From assembly GCA_051530055.1 (NCBI GenBank), contig CM121341.1:14920784-14984783 (forward strand): DNA of 64,000 bases. The letters run 5' to 3'. Each line of letters opens with the position of its first letter. Positions within the stretch are counted from its first letter, which is position 1. This DNA is from Neoechinorhynchus agilis (Eukaryota; Animalia; Acanthocephala). Positions 1-13,400 of the stretch are shown here, in pieces. The translations under genes were made by a program, and so were the position numbers. The notes beneath the pieces were generated by a model. It saw only the letters and a program-made list of their open reading frames with translations, searched no databases and had not been told where the DNA came from.

Positions 1-1503
1 ATGATATCTATCCCCGGGCTCTTTATAAGCGGTTTGCTTTAATGGCAAGCGTTCTTAAAAACAAAACGCGCTTTCATCACAGCGTCGTTTCAACGATTTA
101 AAAGAGTAAGTCATATTTTCGGACTGATAAGAAAAACGACTTTTGTCAAAACCTTACCAATTAATAAAAAAATGAAGTATAAAAGGAAATTCTGTACAAA
201 TGGGCAAAATTTATGTTTAACGCCGTAAGTAAAACCTTGAGTTTCGAATATTTTTACTGTTCTTCAAAAAAGAAAAAAATTCTGTACTAATTCGTAAAGG
301 CCGTAAACACAACGTTGATTTTCGAAAAAATACTGTCCTTCAAATAAATCAAAGATGTTTTAACTGACGGCCTCAGGAATAAGTATTGATAAAATAGAAA
401 TCCGAGTTAAAACGAGTAGAGATTGTGTATATTTTTTACTTTATATTCAATTATAGTTATACGAAAATGAAAAGATCTTATAAAGGATTAGTTAATCTCG
501 GAGCAGAAATCATTCACACCCCCGCTCTGGATCACTTATCTGATGTTATGGTGTAACGTTCGAAAGGACGGACTAAAAAAGACTTGGTTAATTTCCCTGT
601 TTTCTTGTTCATGCTTCATCTTTGTTTGTACGTAGACTCAAGGCCAAATTTGGTTCGTGTGATATCTCTCTGCGATTGTGTGTTTACATGAAAGAGAGAC
701 AAGATTGTTAGACGAATCATAAAGAGGGATTTTTTGTTTTGTTTCACTGAGTAGATTAACTGGACGACTATTTCGCAAACGGTTCCGTATGCCAAGTGTC
801 AGGCTGTCTTTTTTTCGTTTTGTAGAGTATGCGTGTGAATGAACTGCTCTGGGAGCAGCAAACGGCACCGAGAGCGAGGGAACCACATTTTCGAGATATG
901 AAAGCGCATATGCGGGGCGGCGTAACGAAATGTGGAGCGCTTGAGTTGACGCGCGTGCGTTTTCTAGTCACCGTGAGAACGGGATAAACGAGAAATTTCG
1001 TGCTCATTTATCATGCATCCCGTTCAGTATGATCGACAGGAATAATCTGGGTTTCCGAAAGGGTTTGTATGTGTGTGTGTGTGGCTGAACATACACGCAC
1101 CGAGGAGGATTCATGGATGACACACACACTCGTCTTGCATAGACTTTGAGGGAAAGGGAGATGATGAACACTCATCACACCCACTCATTCTCAACCCCGC
1201 ACACACACGAAGGGATGCAGAAAAACTTTTAGAAGAGAGTGGAAGTAAATTCTCTAAATTCACACAAGCATCCTTACAAAACAGCAAACCAGACTCCGTT
1301 CCTTCCGGCCGAGCTAATTTTACAAAGAAACGACAACAAGGTAATCGTTCATTAAAACCAAAGAACCCTTCACCGCCACACCCATCGTTAAACTTCCAAA
1401 AGGGAAAATTAGTTGCGTGCCATCGACTCTATAACATCCTCGCTTGTTTAGCAGATCAGCAAAAACATTGAACGAAACTCAGACTAAAAAAGGAATAAAT
1501 ATT

Positions 1504-4374
1504 ATGTGCGACTATTTGCTCCTAAAATTACTGGGAGACGAGTTTGCGGGTCGTTATGCACAACTTGAGGATTTACTCAGCCAAGAACCGAGCACTCACT
1601 GCAAGACGGCCGCAATTTACTTACTAATGCACCAAGCATTAGGCCGAATCGATCAAGCAGCCTTGTTAGCCTCCTGTATTGGACTCTTTCAGGATCAGCC
1701 AGAACAACCAAACAACAATAAACCTTCGTCACCCCCGGCATTTATTTTTTGTTTACCCGATCTACTGGTGGGTTTTTTTTTGCGGGTACTGTTAAATCGC
1801 TCGGGTCTACTATTTTACAGCCGAAGGGGGTGGCTCTCTATCGACTGGGACGACTAGTCTAACCACGTCTAACATTATCACCAAGGAATTGAACTTTCTG
1901 AAACAACAGGCAAATGATGCCGATTTCGTAAGAGAACGTCTTTGTGGAAATCCAATCACTTCAGATCCAACAAGCATCAATGAAATGAACCGTATTGCGT
2001 GCTGTCTTGAATGCTACTTACCACTGGCAGTCATAAATGGTCTCAGTCACACATCTAAACCGGATAACATTGTATGTGATGTCTATTTACCTGCTATTCG
2101 CCGGCTGGCACGAGCTTGTAAAGCATACCCAGCAATGACTGGCAAGTGTCAAAGTGTCCTTACCTACTTTATTATTAGCCTTTCCACCGCTGGAATGATA
2201 AGCCGGCGTGAACTTGAACAACTCGTGGACGATGTAGTCGGTGTTAGTACTGTCGATTCTCCTGCCACGTCACCTAAACCGCTATTGACTGCTCCGCCGA
2301 AACTTGTAGTTCCCAAAGCTAGTGCTAATCTTTTGCAACAAGTCACGAGCAATCTCATCAGACCCGTTAAGAGAGCAAGCTGGCCTACCATAGATCGATT
2401 CAGCGATATGATTAGACCGCAATTGCGGCCATCGAATGAGCAAATCACTCTTCAACACACAATAAGCAATCCAACGGGTGCTGATTCGGGTCGAATGCTA
2501 CCGAGGCGACCTTCTGAATCTGGGGGAAACGATTCGTTCTATCCATTCGGTGTACCAAAACCTCGCTATAATCAGGCGTACACTCAAATAGCCCCTGCAC
2601 AAGCACCGTCGTCTAATTGGCGACAACAACCTCGTCCATCTACTACTGTGAGCTTTCATTACAGAAATACAGGACAACCACGAGGATATTTCCCTTGGGG
2701 AAACGGTCCCAACACATTCACCGATATCAGCACTGGAATGAGAGATGTGCCTAAATGGTTAAAATTCCTAAGACTTCACAAGTATAACGCCCTATTTGCT
2801 TCAATGTCGTACGAGGAAATGCTCAATTTAGACGAATCTTATCTTGAACAAAGGGTAAAAGGATGTTGGCTATCGGCCTTTTAAAATGCGCCCTCTCCTT
2901 TAATTAGGGTGTCACAAAAGGAGCTAGAGATAAAATAATCCAGAACATCGAAAGGATAAAGCAAAGACCAAATCTTCTAAAAGCCATCATTCAGGTTAGC
3001 GTTTCAATGCTTTTTTATTGGTCTATCGCCACAATGAATAGGTGCTTGAGGTGGATGATTCTCAATGGTATGATGCGATCAATAATTTGTTCCTGATTAG
3101 TGTGACACCTATACCGTCTTATCTGAAAACGCAGGAGGATCAGCAGGTTCCCAATTTATTTGTGCGTGCTATTAGTGCCGGTAAGTATAGTCCATAAAAG
3201 GTTATAAAAATTATCGTATATTTTATTGTATAAAATTTACGCGACTTTAGTATCTTATTTGTCAACGTAAATTATGCGTGAATTCGATTTGTATTAAGCA
3301 TTAAAAATTGACTTCTTGAATTCTCATCTACTTTAAGCCAGGAGTTTTGAGTGAAAGTAAGAGTTTTTAAGTTCGATTTTTGGGTTTGAGCAACCCCTGC
3401 TTCAAATACTTTATTAAAATTCCCTCCTGTGTAGCCCTGGACGCTCTTCGTCGACACTCGACCAAATCGGACGCTAGTCTTGCCAATCTAAGTAGAGACA
3501 GGAGCCAAATGGTTAACGTGGTCGACCGGTTTCTCCGTCATGAGGTTTGTCGTCAATGTCTTTTCGTAAATTCAAGAGGATATCTAGGCGTTCTCAAATG
3601 AGAATAAGGAACTTCTTTGTAATATACGAAAAGAGTTATGCGCTCTTTCTTTTACTTATATTCCTCTAATGAACCTGACTCCTTCGGCTACTACCCAAAA
3701 CAGAATCAGAACGTTTTTGCGTGATGAGAATTCAGACTGGAACATATACAGCTCGTCTAATCTCGAAGGCAAACAACGAACTCTATCAGGGACGGCCAAT
3801 TCGTTTGGTAGACGTCCATTTGTTGTTCAGTATTACGACAATAACAGTCCACAGCGTTCGACGCATGCTCAAAACGCGTCAGGGGAATATTTCAACCCAC
3901 TAGGCCAAAGACATTCGATCGATGCTCCGACAGCTTCGAGTTCTAATGAAAATGGCCTTGAACCACTGGGATCCCATACGCTACTCCATCGATGCCGTAG
4001 TTATTATGGATATAACGATCGACCCACGTACCAGAAGCAATTCCATGCTGTGCAATCGCATGAATTGCACAATCGTCCAGCTTATGTGACCTTAACACTG
4101 CCTCAGTCGGTGATTGGTAAGTGAATTGATTTTTGTTCATTAGAATCATGGTTCCGTGAACTCAATAGACGAACAAAATAGGCTGGCGGCTCAACAAGTA
4201 TGCACTCAATCCGTGGAACAGGTTTCACTTCAACGGAACGCTTCAGTTTCATCACAAGGCGAACTACCGCCGATCGATGAAAACAATGCTCTACAATCTT
4301 CGAACACGTCCCCACTGTCAAATGAAAAAGACGGAGAGCAAGAGGTATCTGAAACGAGGTCCGGAACGGTTTAA
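1504..4374 (+). CDS. smg/SAMD4: Smaug/SAMD4 RNA-binding translational repressor (SSR1, SSR2, SAM, PHAT), spliced
   Basis: SAM domain [21 protein letters not shown]...[14 protein letters not shown]|[22 protein letters not shown]-like TPIPSY...FVRAIS and DRFLRHE|[10 protein letters not shown]. Inferred exons 1504-1767, 1886 (or 1821)-2854, 2908-2994, 3042-3180, 3435-3544, 3588-4116, 4169-4374, with GT-AG introns and consistent phases. A likely 5'UTR intron starts at 1341. Confidence 0.9.
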
Positions 4375-6621
4375 AAATCAGGGACACACATATATTGCAG
4401 TTGTTTGACAAATAGGCAACATTACTCGACTATAAAAGCGCTAACTTACTTATTTATGCATATATAATATGGTTTACTAAAATACAATGTTTAATCAACT
4501 TCACACGAAAGGATGATCGCCCATATGAGCACTATATACGCTAATCATGATTTAAAGGAGAAACCAAGTTCTCATTGGTCTCTTAGATATGCCATACGTA
4601 TGTATGCGTAATGTTCATCCTAATAAAAACTAAGAAGTTTGGCCATTACAGGCTTTGAGAATGTTTACTCCGGTAAAAGAACAACATAAATCATTACTGT
4701 CGTTGAAAGCAGTATTCCATCTTAAGCAAATATTTTAATCTTTGAAAAGTTCTACGCCTCTACTAATGCAAGAAAGCAAAACTACTTTATCTCTTTCAAC
4801 TTGTTGATTTAAGTTTTCCTCGATTCAGTAATTATTGCAATTTTCCGGAATGTGATTGGATAACTCAAATCTTTTTGATTTTGTGCTGTCTCATTCTATT
4901 TTGATGATGTCATCAATCATTTATCTGATAAAGATAATCAAACATCAACGCTTTAGATATCCTTCAAGAGTTTTTCTATTAATCGCTGAAAGCTACGTGC
5001 ATAATTATCGAGCTATTATACATTTTGTTTCGATATTGTCTTTCATTAGAAAAGGTTGTAAACTCATTTAAGGCTTAACCTAAACAGTTTTGTGATCCAT
5101 CGCATTTATTTTAATGGTACTAATGGTCTAGCTTTATATCTTTCCTAAACTCACAAGAAAATAATAGTGAATTTTTATTGGTCTTCACGGGTCGTTTCAA
5201 GCGATTTCATGGATTTTTTTCAGAACACACACAATGAACGTTTGTGGCACTGCTGAGGCCATCATCGAACATCATAACGCTCATAGGGTGCACTTAAATC
5301 TTAAAACTCGTAATATTTTTTAAGCAATGTTTTCCACGTGCAAGAAATGTTCAGAAGTGGGAATGCTAAAGATTGATTGTTTAAAGATGAAAATGATAAA
5401 AATTAAGTATTCTCCTGCACCTGATTAGATCGCTGGAGACTTTTATGTGGTGAAATGTGTATTTAGTTGATCATATGACCAAAGTAAGAAATCAAAAAAT
5501 TTCTTTTAAAATCCAAACACCTCGTGCTCGGTTTCGACAGTTAAAAATTAAATCGGTTCTATAATAATAAATTCAGGGTAACACGGTTGTAAAATTTATA
5601 TTGATTCATAGGTGTATTTTTATCTTTATTAAAACCAATATTGCTTCTGATTTCCTGGTGTAAATGAGTGCCTACTCAGTTGACAGTTTTTCTCGTCGTG
5701 CCTTGCTGACAAGGTCACAAAAAATGTGAAAGGCAGAAGTCAAAAGTATTTTTTGAAGTTTGGCCTTCCTTCGAACAGATTGAAGTCCTTATTCTCGACT
5801 ACGGACATGACAAAAGTCACCAGGAAGATTAATTGTTTCTATTGGCCAATATAAGGAATGCGAATAAGCATTAGGTAATCAGCAACATGAATGCATTCAC
5901 AGCAAGTACATATAGCAATAAGCCGATTGAAAATTTGTTAAAAGCGCAGTGGCGAATGTTGCCAATTAAATATAATTTATAGAGCGTGGATTCGAAATTG
6001 TTCCGTTCATACGGGCGGAGGCAGGTACGCATGCATGGTAAATTTGGCGGAGGGAAAGGAGTTTCGTGAGGCTGAGTGCACTTGAATACTTCATCAGGCA
6101 AGCACAAAGACTGAACTGTGGTACGAGGACGCAAACACCCACTGAAATTTTCATTTTTTAGGTGATAACGGATAATCTTTTTGTGTACTACATTTGGTTA
6201 AAGTAGTAACACGTAAAAAATTTATCTTCTTATACCAGTTAGATTTCAATATTTGGCTTTAAATCGTCGGATACTAAGAGTGTGGTTCGTTAACCGCCTG
6301 GCGGAATGTCATTTTCCTCTTAGTGCCAAAGAAATTGTCTGCGATGTCACGTTCGGAGTTGTGCTGGTCAACAGTCAGACGGAATTTTAGCTATTGATTT
6401 TACTTGATCGATTGAAAATCCAATAGCGGGAGTTATCTATGCCCTAATGCTAGTTGCAGCAAGCATTATATCATTTCATGAAAATTAAAATCATTATTTT
6501 TCATCATCGCTCGGTTTGTTTTATTATAGAAAAATCGCGGCGTTACTTTCCAACTAAAATTATCTTAATTTTTGCGTGCTGCTCAAATTGATGGTGTCCA
6601 AACTTGAATTCGAATTTGTGT

Positions 6622-6792
6622 TTTTCTTAATCCTGCACAAAAAGACTTTACATTCCCTAGAACACCACTTAGTCTAGAAAGTCTTGTGATTAGTACTAAA
6701 ATACTTCTAGCTAAAAGCGTGCGGTTTTTCCTTGATCCCGCACAAAAAGACAATTCCTAAGCACACCACTTAGTCGAGAAAGTCTTGTGATT
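6622..6792. repeat. Two tandem ~70-nt units (period ~104 nt), each an imperfect hairpin
   Basis: cacaaaaagac...caccacttagtc(t/g)agaaagtcttgtgat occurs at ~6635-6691 and ~6741-6791. The unit ends (cacaa..agac / gtcttgtg) are complementary. Confidence 0.8.
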
Positions 6793-7415
6793 TGTGCATA
6801 ACAATTGTCCAAGCGACTGAAAGATTACCTGTCGACAAGCGCATCCTTATATCAGTCGGCATCTTCTCGTGGCTTCCAAACTAAAGACTAATCAGAAATT
6901 GTATACACGTGTGTGGAGAAGGAAAGGACCCGATTTCTGCAACTTATTACACACGCGTGCGTTCGACACCTACTATCCAACTCGTCTCGCGCTCTAAAAT
7001 GTCCTATAGCTGCTGGTATGTGGCCACTGGCATGTCCGGCTTCTCATATTCCTCTATCCTCTTCATAAACGCATTTATAGAGAAGTCTACATGCAAATAC
7101 TTATTGTTCCAATTATATTCGCGTGGGTCACCAGGGACACGGTCTGGACGTTGCTGGGGGGAGGAGTTCACTAAGACTTGTCTGACTTTACCAAATAGCG
7201 CGGCACGCAGCAGCCGACCACTGCATTCCTAATATAGACGGATTCCACTTTTTCCAAAAAGTCTACATTCCGGGACTCATCTTTTGGCTGTGGTAATTGG
7301 TCTTCTGATAAGGAAAATCATCTTCCAGAGTCTTATGTCTTATCCGGGTTTAAAGTACGCAGGAACCAAGGAAATGCCAAATAAAGATATTCTGTGTGTT
7401 GTTTTTGTACATCAG

Positions 7416-10400
7416 CCGAATGGAACCATCTTTTTCTTGGCGTTCTGCTACGGCGAGGAGACAGAGCAGAACAATCCGCACTAAACAGAACGTGATCCTT
7501 AGCATTCTGTATTATACTGCCACAATAACTTCTTTAACACGTTCTCTTGTTCTCCTTTCGAAGATGAACCGATTAGCTTCTCCGATCTGCAAACTATTGA
7601 AAGATCCAAATAAACAGGTAATCTTAGCGGCTTTTAGACATCTTTGCAAATCGTTCGGTTAAACCAGGTCAGATATTACGCATTGTCGATTTTAATCGAA
7701 CTTTACAAGCAAGTAGGAGATCAACTTCGAGATGATCTTCTACAGGATGAAGATATTCCTATCGAGAGGTATGTTTTTTGAATTATGCCTTTTTATACAC
7801 GGCCCAATGCAGGTTACAAACTCTCTTTGAACGGTTTGATGAAGTCAAAAACTCTCAAACGTACAGACCACTCACAAGGCAACCAAGTCGTCTTAAATAC
7901 GGTCAGTTGTATGAACAATCCATATATTTTTTGCTGCCAGTGTTATTTCTTTGCTTCCAGCAAGAAAAATAATCTAAAGCCTCATACCTGATGTCAAGAT
8001 AACGATTCCCTTGGTAGAACTTTCAAGGCTGCTTTATGTTCCTAGGGTAAACTATTGAACTCTTCCATCTCTTATCATTCATCGAAGAAGATTTACCAAG
8101 CAAAAATTTGTATTTGAAACGGCGAATTATATTCCATTCTGATTAAGGCGCCCGAAGGTGACTTTCTCTGTGAAAAACTTCTTTGAAACAAATGTTAAAA
8201 AATCAAATTCCTCTGAGAATTTGAGTCAGTTGCGCCTTGAATCAACCTATCTTTTGATTTGATTGAAAAAATATCGTGTAAGCGGAATGATGACTGCACC
8301 CAACAGATTGACTCAGCCCGAAAACGGAACTCATAGAATTCTAACGTTTTCACGATTCAACGCCTAAAACGAATGCGTTTTCGAACGAATAGACGAAATG
8401 GTAAAACGTTTAGTTCTATTTCCCTAAAATCGATCGCATAAAGATCGCCAGTTTTTATGAAGCGAACCTAAGAAATTTACCTCGATCTTTACTTCAAACC
8501 ACAACTTTCCTTTATTCTTCCGCAGAACTAAGGCAGCCAATATCTGAAGGTTTTAAATTTAACAATATTTGTAACGCTCGAGTATTTAACAGCTTTTCAG
8601 TTTTTTGGGTTTGTTCGGTTCTAATTGTCCGATTTGCTTATCGGTGCCAATCTTAAATAATGGCGTTTGCTGAAATTTCTGTGGACAAAACGGAGTTTCT
8701 GGATTACTATGTTGAATAACTTTTTTTCTTGAAAATAAAAACTCAATGTTGGTAAATATCCAAGAATGATTGCGTTGTATGGATATTCTCACCATATATA
8801 GAATCTTGATGCTTTTATCTTCCCCATATTTTACAATTGAGGACGGCGAATAATTATGTACTAAATTAAAATTGCGAAATAGAGAAAAAATTCATCAAAA
8901 AATTAAAACTTCAATTCTTTGATTTGGAAAGCCAATTTTTGTTTTGGATAACAGTATATTGATCTCCTTAGATTTTTAGCTATTTTATATTTAAATTTTT
9001 GAGCGAGCATAAATTCGCACCATTTTGAGCGATCAAATAGTTCACGATTTGGCTTGCCTATTTTAACTTTGATTCATGCCACAAAACGATCAACTAATAC
9101 CTTTTTGTGAAGATTTTTTCCTTGCACTCTCGGATCTAAAGCAAACCGATCAATTTTTCCCTTTTCGATTTTCTCCCAGTCCTTTAAAAGTATACAAAAA
9201 GCTGTTGAACATATCCGCCGTATAAAAATTCTTAAAACCTTTTTCCAAGAGAGGACTTTTATTTTTAGACTGTTCAAATGACTCAAAAGGTGAACGTTTT
9301 GTGTGTGTCAAAACTTTTTATTAACATAGCCACACATTAACTTCGATGAACCCGTTTTTCCAATCGGTGTGAAATTGGCGTTACCCCGTAAATCCCCGTT
9401 CCGATTTAACCTTGCCGAAATTCCGTGAGCGTTCGCGGCAATTCACAATACTTCCACCGAATCTTCAACTCTCACATTCACGCGTACTAGCATTCTCAGT
9501 GCTTTACTCAAACACGAATTGACCCTCGAAGAAGTTGCACCTTTTCCGCACACTAAAAACTTTGTGCGCGACATCAGACTGTCTCAAGTACATGCCAGCC
9601 GTCATGGATCAGAAGTTGATTGAAATGTTCCTTGGTTGTCCCGTAACGAAAGGCTTCCAAATGAATTTTATCTTTAACGATACCGGGATTTGTGGTACGC
9701 CGCGAACGCAACGCCGATGCTCGGCTTCAGTTCCCAGTGCTCTTTCCTTCACTGGACAACTTGTGTCTTCACAGCAAACAGGTTGGTGTTCGGGTGGCGT
9801 CTGAAACCAAAGTGGATCATCGACTCCTTTACGTTCTCTTCAACATATTGACCCTTCTCTCTCTTTTAAGACAGAGAATACAAATGCACAAACACATTTG
9901 TCATTTTGGGAAACAAAAGATTCTAGTATCCGTATACTATTTTGAGGAACACGTATAAAATAATGGTCCGTACCAGATGGGCTATCACTTTACATAGTCA
10001 TCACTGCCCCTTTGTCTTCTTAAAGCCATTATAGCCAACAAACCAAACCTTTTGACCTCCGTTTTGGTTTCATCTTCTGAATTTTGCATCAATGAAGTGT
10101 GCTCCCAGGAGCTGACGACAATGGCGAGAAACCCCTCACTTATAATTTATGTTTAATGTGTGTGATGTTGTTTGAACGCCACCATTATTCGTCTTCTTGA
10201 AATCCCTTTCCACGCTGTCTCTCTCGATCCCAAAGCAGGCCACCGACCTCTTAGTCTCAGTATTTCCTACAATATGAGAAACTCGGCAGACTATGGCCAC
10301 AAGTTCTTTTGATGGCATCTTTTGGAGTGGAAACGAACGAATCGAATGCGTCTCAAGGGCGTAATAGGCCCGAATGCAAAACAACCCAGTCACAAAACAA

Positions 10401-13400
10401 CCGTAACCCAGAAACTCCTTACGCATTTTCATTCGTGGAGATGCCACATGGTGATTAATACTAAGCATTCCCTCACAATAATCCGCCAGTAGTGGCTAGC
10501 AATATCCCTTATGGGATAATAAATTATTAAATAGTTATTCTGGACCATTTCTCTCGTAAATCTGTGTGTTTTATCATCACTTAAACTTAAACGTACCGCA
10601 GTATTTTCGTTTTTGATACTTTTACTCCAATATCTCCTCTATTAGTTAACTTCCTTATTGTAGTGGGTAAAGAACCAAACGGCATACATCATCCTGATGA
10701 TCAAGCAATGGATACTGCTGACCATCCGCAAACACCGTCATCATCTCGGAAACCTGTCTGTGTGGAAGCAGACGCTTTCTGGGCCTCAATCGACACTGTC
10801 CGACCTACAGTTTTCGCGAGCAGCCGCGACCTTCGACTTCAGTTGGATAATATCAAGGAAGTTTTGTCAAACACCGATAATGATTGGGAGAAGCGAAGCG
10901 ATGCACTAAGACGACTCCGATCATGCATCACACCTTCTGCCATTCAATATTTCCATACCGATTTTCGATTGGCAAGTCAACTTCAGGTTCCACTTCAACG
11001 AACCCTAAGAGATCTTCGAAGTCAGATAATAAGGGAAGCGTGCATCACAGTCGCTTACATGAGCTATAAACTCGGTCAACAGCACTCATGCGGATTCGAT
11101 CTTCTTGCCGAGAACCTAATCAACCCCCTTCTCTCATTGATTCAGAATAGTGCTAAAATAATGGCAAATAGCTCCGTTTGCGCCATTTGCTTCATGATAG
11201 AGTATACCGAGTCAACGAGACTTATCAATCCTATACTTTGCGGTCTTTCATCAAAATCGAAAGATATTAGAAGGTAAGCTCAGGGGCAATTTTTGAATTT
11301 AAAATCATATCTTGTAGAAGGATATTTATGCCCCTCTAAAAGTTATTTCTATCTTTGCTAATCCATATTGACTCTTTAATCAACTGAATCTTGTATAACC
11401 AGTTCCTAGTATCTTTGTGACGAACAATAATAGTCCTTGATAGATGCGTCGTGACCTTCTGTCAAGGTTGCCCTGCTGCAAAGACTTTAATCTAACCATT
11501 AGCGAAGTTGAATTCATAGTTTAAGCGTCCTGAAATTTTTTTATTTCAGGCTGAAGGATTGTAGTAAGTCGCATACTCGTCTAAGAAGGAACCTAATTTA
11601 ACGGTATTGGCTCGAAGCAGTTTCCCTTGTAACAATGATACTTAAGTTAAAGATAAAATCCATGAGTATTTGGAAATGGGGAAAAATTGTGTATCGAAGA
11701 ATCACTTTAATTGAAATATTTCGTCCAATCACACTGGACTTCTTCGGTCAATTGTTGCTTGTAAGTTTTTAAATATTCGAGGTTCGTGTCCCTACCTCTA
11801 CATAGTGATACTTAAAACGCATGATCTTCTGATTAGTCGTTTGTCGCACCCATTATAAATACGGATAATGGAGAATATTTTCATTTCGATGCATTGCGCC
11901 AAATGTTATTTTAGGTCCTACAACAATGCGCCTAGAAAGAGTTTTTATATTTCTATGGAACACATAAGAAATTATGGAAAAGCTATTTTAAATAGCGTTT
12001 AAGTGGCTTTTAGCATAGAAACTTTACGGAAATTAAACCTTCTTTAATATTCCTGCTCAAGTTTTAGGACTAAGTGACATCACAAATAAAGCGTTCCATT
12101 TTGCTTATTAATGATCTTCATCATGACTTCTTGGTTTTGATGTACATTGATAATTACTTAACTTTAATCGAGCTTTAAAATCACCGAACTAATACGCTGT
12201 TTAGATATACATGTGAATTTATCTATAGAATACTTTCAACCTGGCAAGTCTCAACACTTTCGCGATATTCGAGTCAACTGCAGGAAGCAATAAAATCGGG
12301 AATCGAAGATGCGGACGTGGATGCAAGAATGCACAGTCGAAACTCATACGTGGTGTTCAAGCAATATTTCCCCGGTCTTGCTGATATGCTGCTCAATAGT
12401 CTTGACAGTGGAAAGAAGAAGATATTAAAAGACGGGTCCGAGGGGTGCAATACTCCAGCGACCGTACGAAGATGTACTACTCCTGGAGTCCAAAATTCAA
12501 GAATCAGGAGAGCGATAACTCCACGGCCACTTGGATCTTCATCGACAGTGCGATCGAAAACCCCCTGCGCCAATAGAAGTGTGACTAGTTCATCGTCTTT
12601 GAAACCGAACGGGATTTCAAGCATATCCCAACCTGCTAGTAGGGCTAATAGTCCTTTGCGAGTCGCGCGATGCAAAACACCAGCAACGTCGACAAACAAA
12701 TCAATTCCTGCTTATCCTTCAATAAGAAGTAGAGAAGTGAGTCCTTCGAGTAGAACTTCCACGCTCAAATACCGAACAAGAAAAATGAAGGAAGATAACG
12801 TAGCGGCGTCCGAGACATCCAGTGTATCCTCAGATCGACCCGTGAGCAGAAAAATCGGGACTTCTCAATATTCTATAGATGTGCGCCAAAATTCGAATGG
12901 AAGTGGAAAGCACAGTTGCGAGGTTGATCCTGCCCAAATGCTAGCTTTGATGGTAAGTACTGCATGGACGGACAAATACGAAGGCCTAATGATTCTTCAA
13001 AAATTTATTGATCTTTCTGGCAAACCACAGCAGCAGACATACACTGAAGCAAATAGCAAAGGATTTAGGTCTTTGAGCAAGTCTGAGATCCAACGAGCAT
13101 GCGACCAAATGGTAAAAATGTTCTCAGACGCCCATGGGAAGGTTTATAACCTTTTTCTGGACGTCATGTTTGATTTCATAGGAACTTTTTACAACCATTT
13201 GTCAGAATGGACGCTTCCTTTGCTTTCTGGACTGCTGACCAAAATCAGTACAGAATCAGCCGTTTCTACAGCAAGTCTTCAAAAAATTCAGTCTTGTGTT
13301 GATTTGATGAGAAAGCGGTTCCCATTGGATCGCCAATTTTGGGCTGCGATGCAAATCCTTTCGATTGATGATAATCCTTCGGTAAAGATGAAATTAGCCG

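Noticed and set aside
638-1007. Two short minus-strand ORFs upstream of Smaug
   Set aside because: No domain or splice support; probably promoter or 5'UTR sequence with CA/GT microsatellites.
4856-6154. Short ORFs and a possible minus-strand exon (KQLIFLVTFVMSVVENK...)
   Set aside because: I could not build a phase-consistent gene model or recognise a family.
9074-9286. ORF with LLKDWEKIEKGKIDRF, reminiscent of a Tc1 transposase C-terminus
   Set aside because: No SPDLNPIE or DDE motifs upstream and no TIRs; the similarity is too short.
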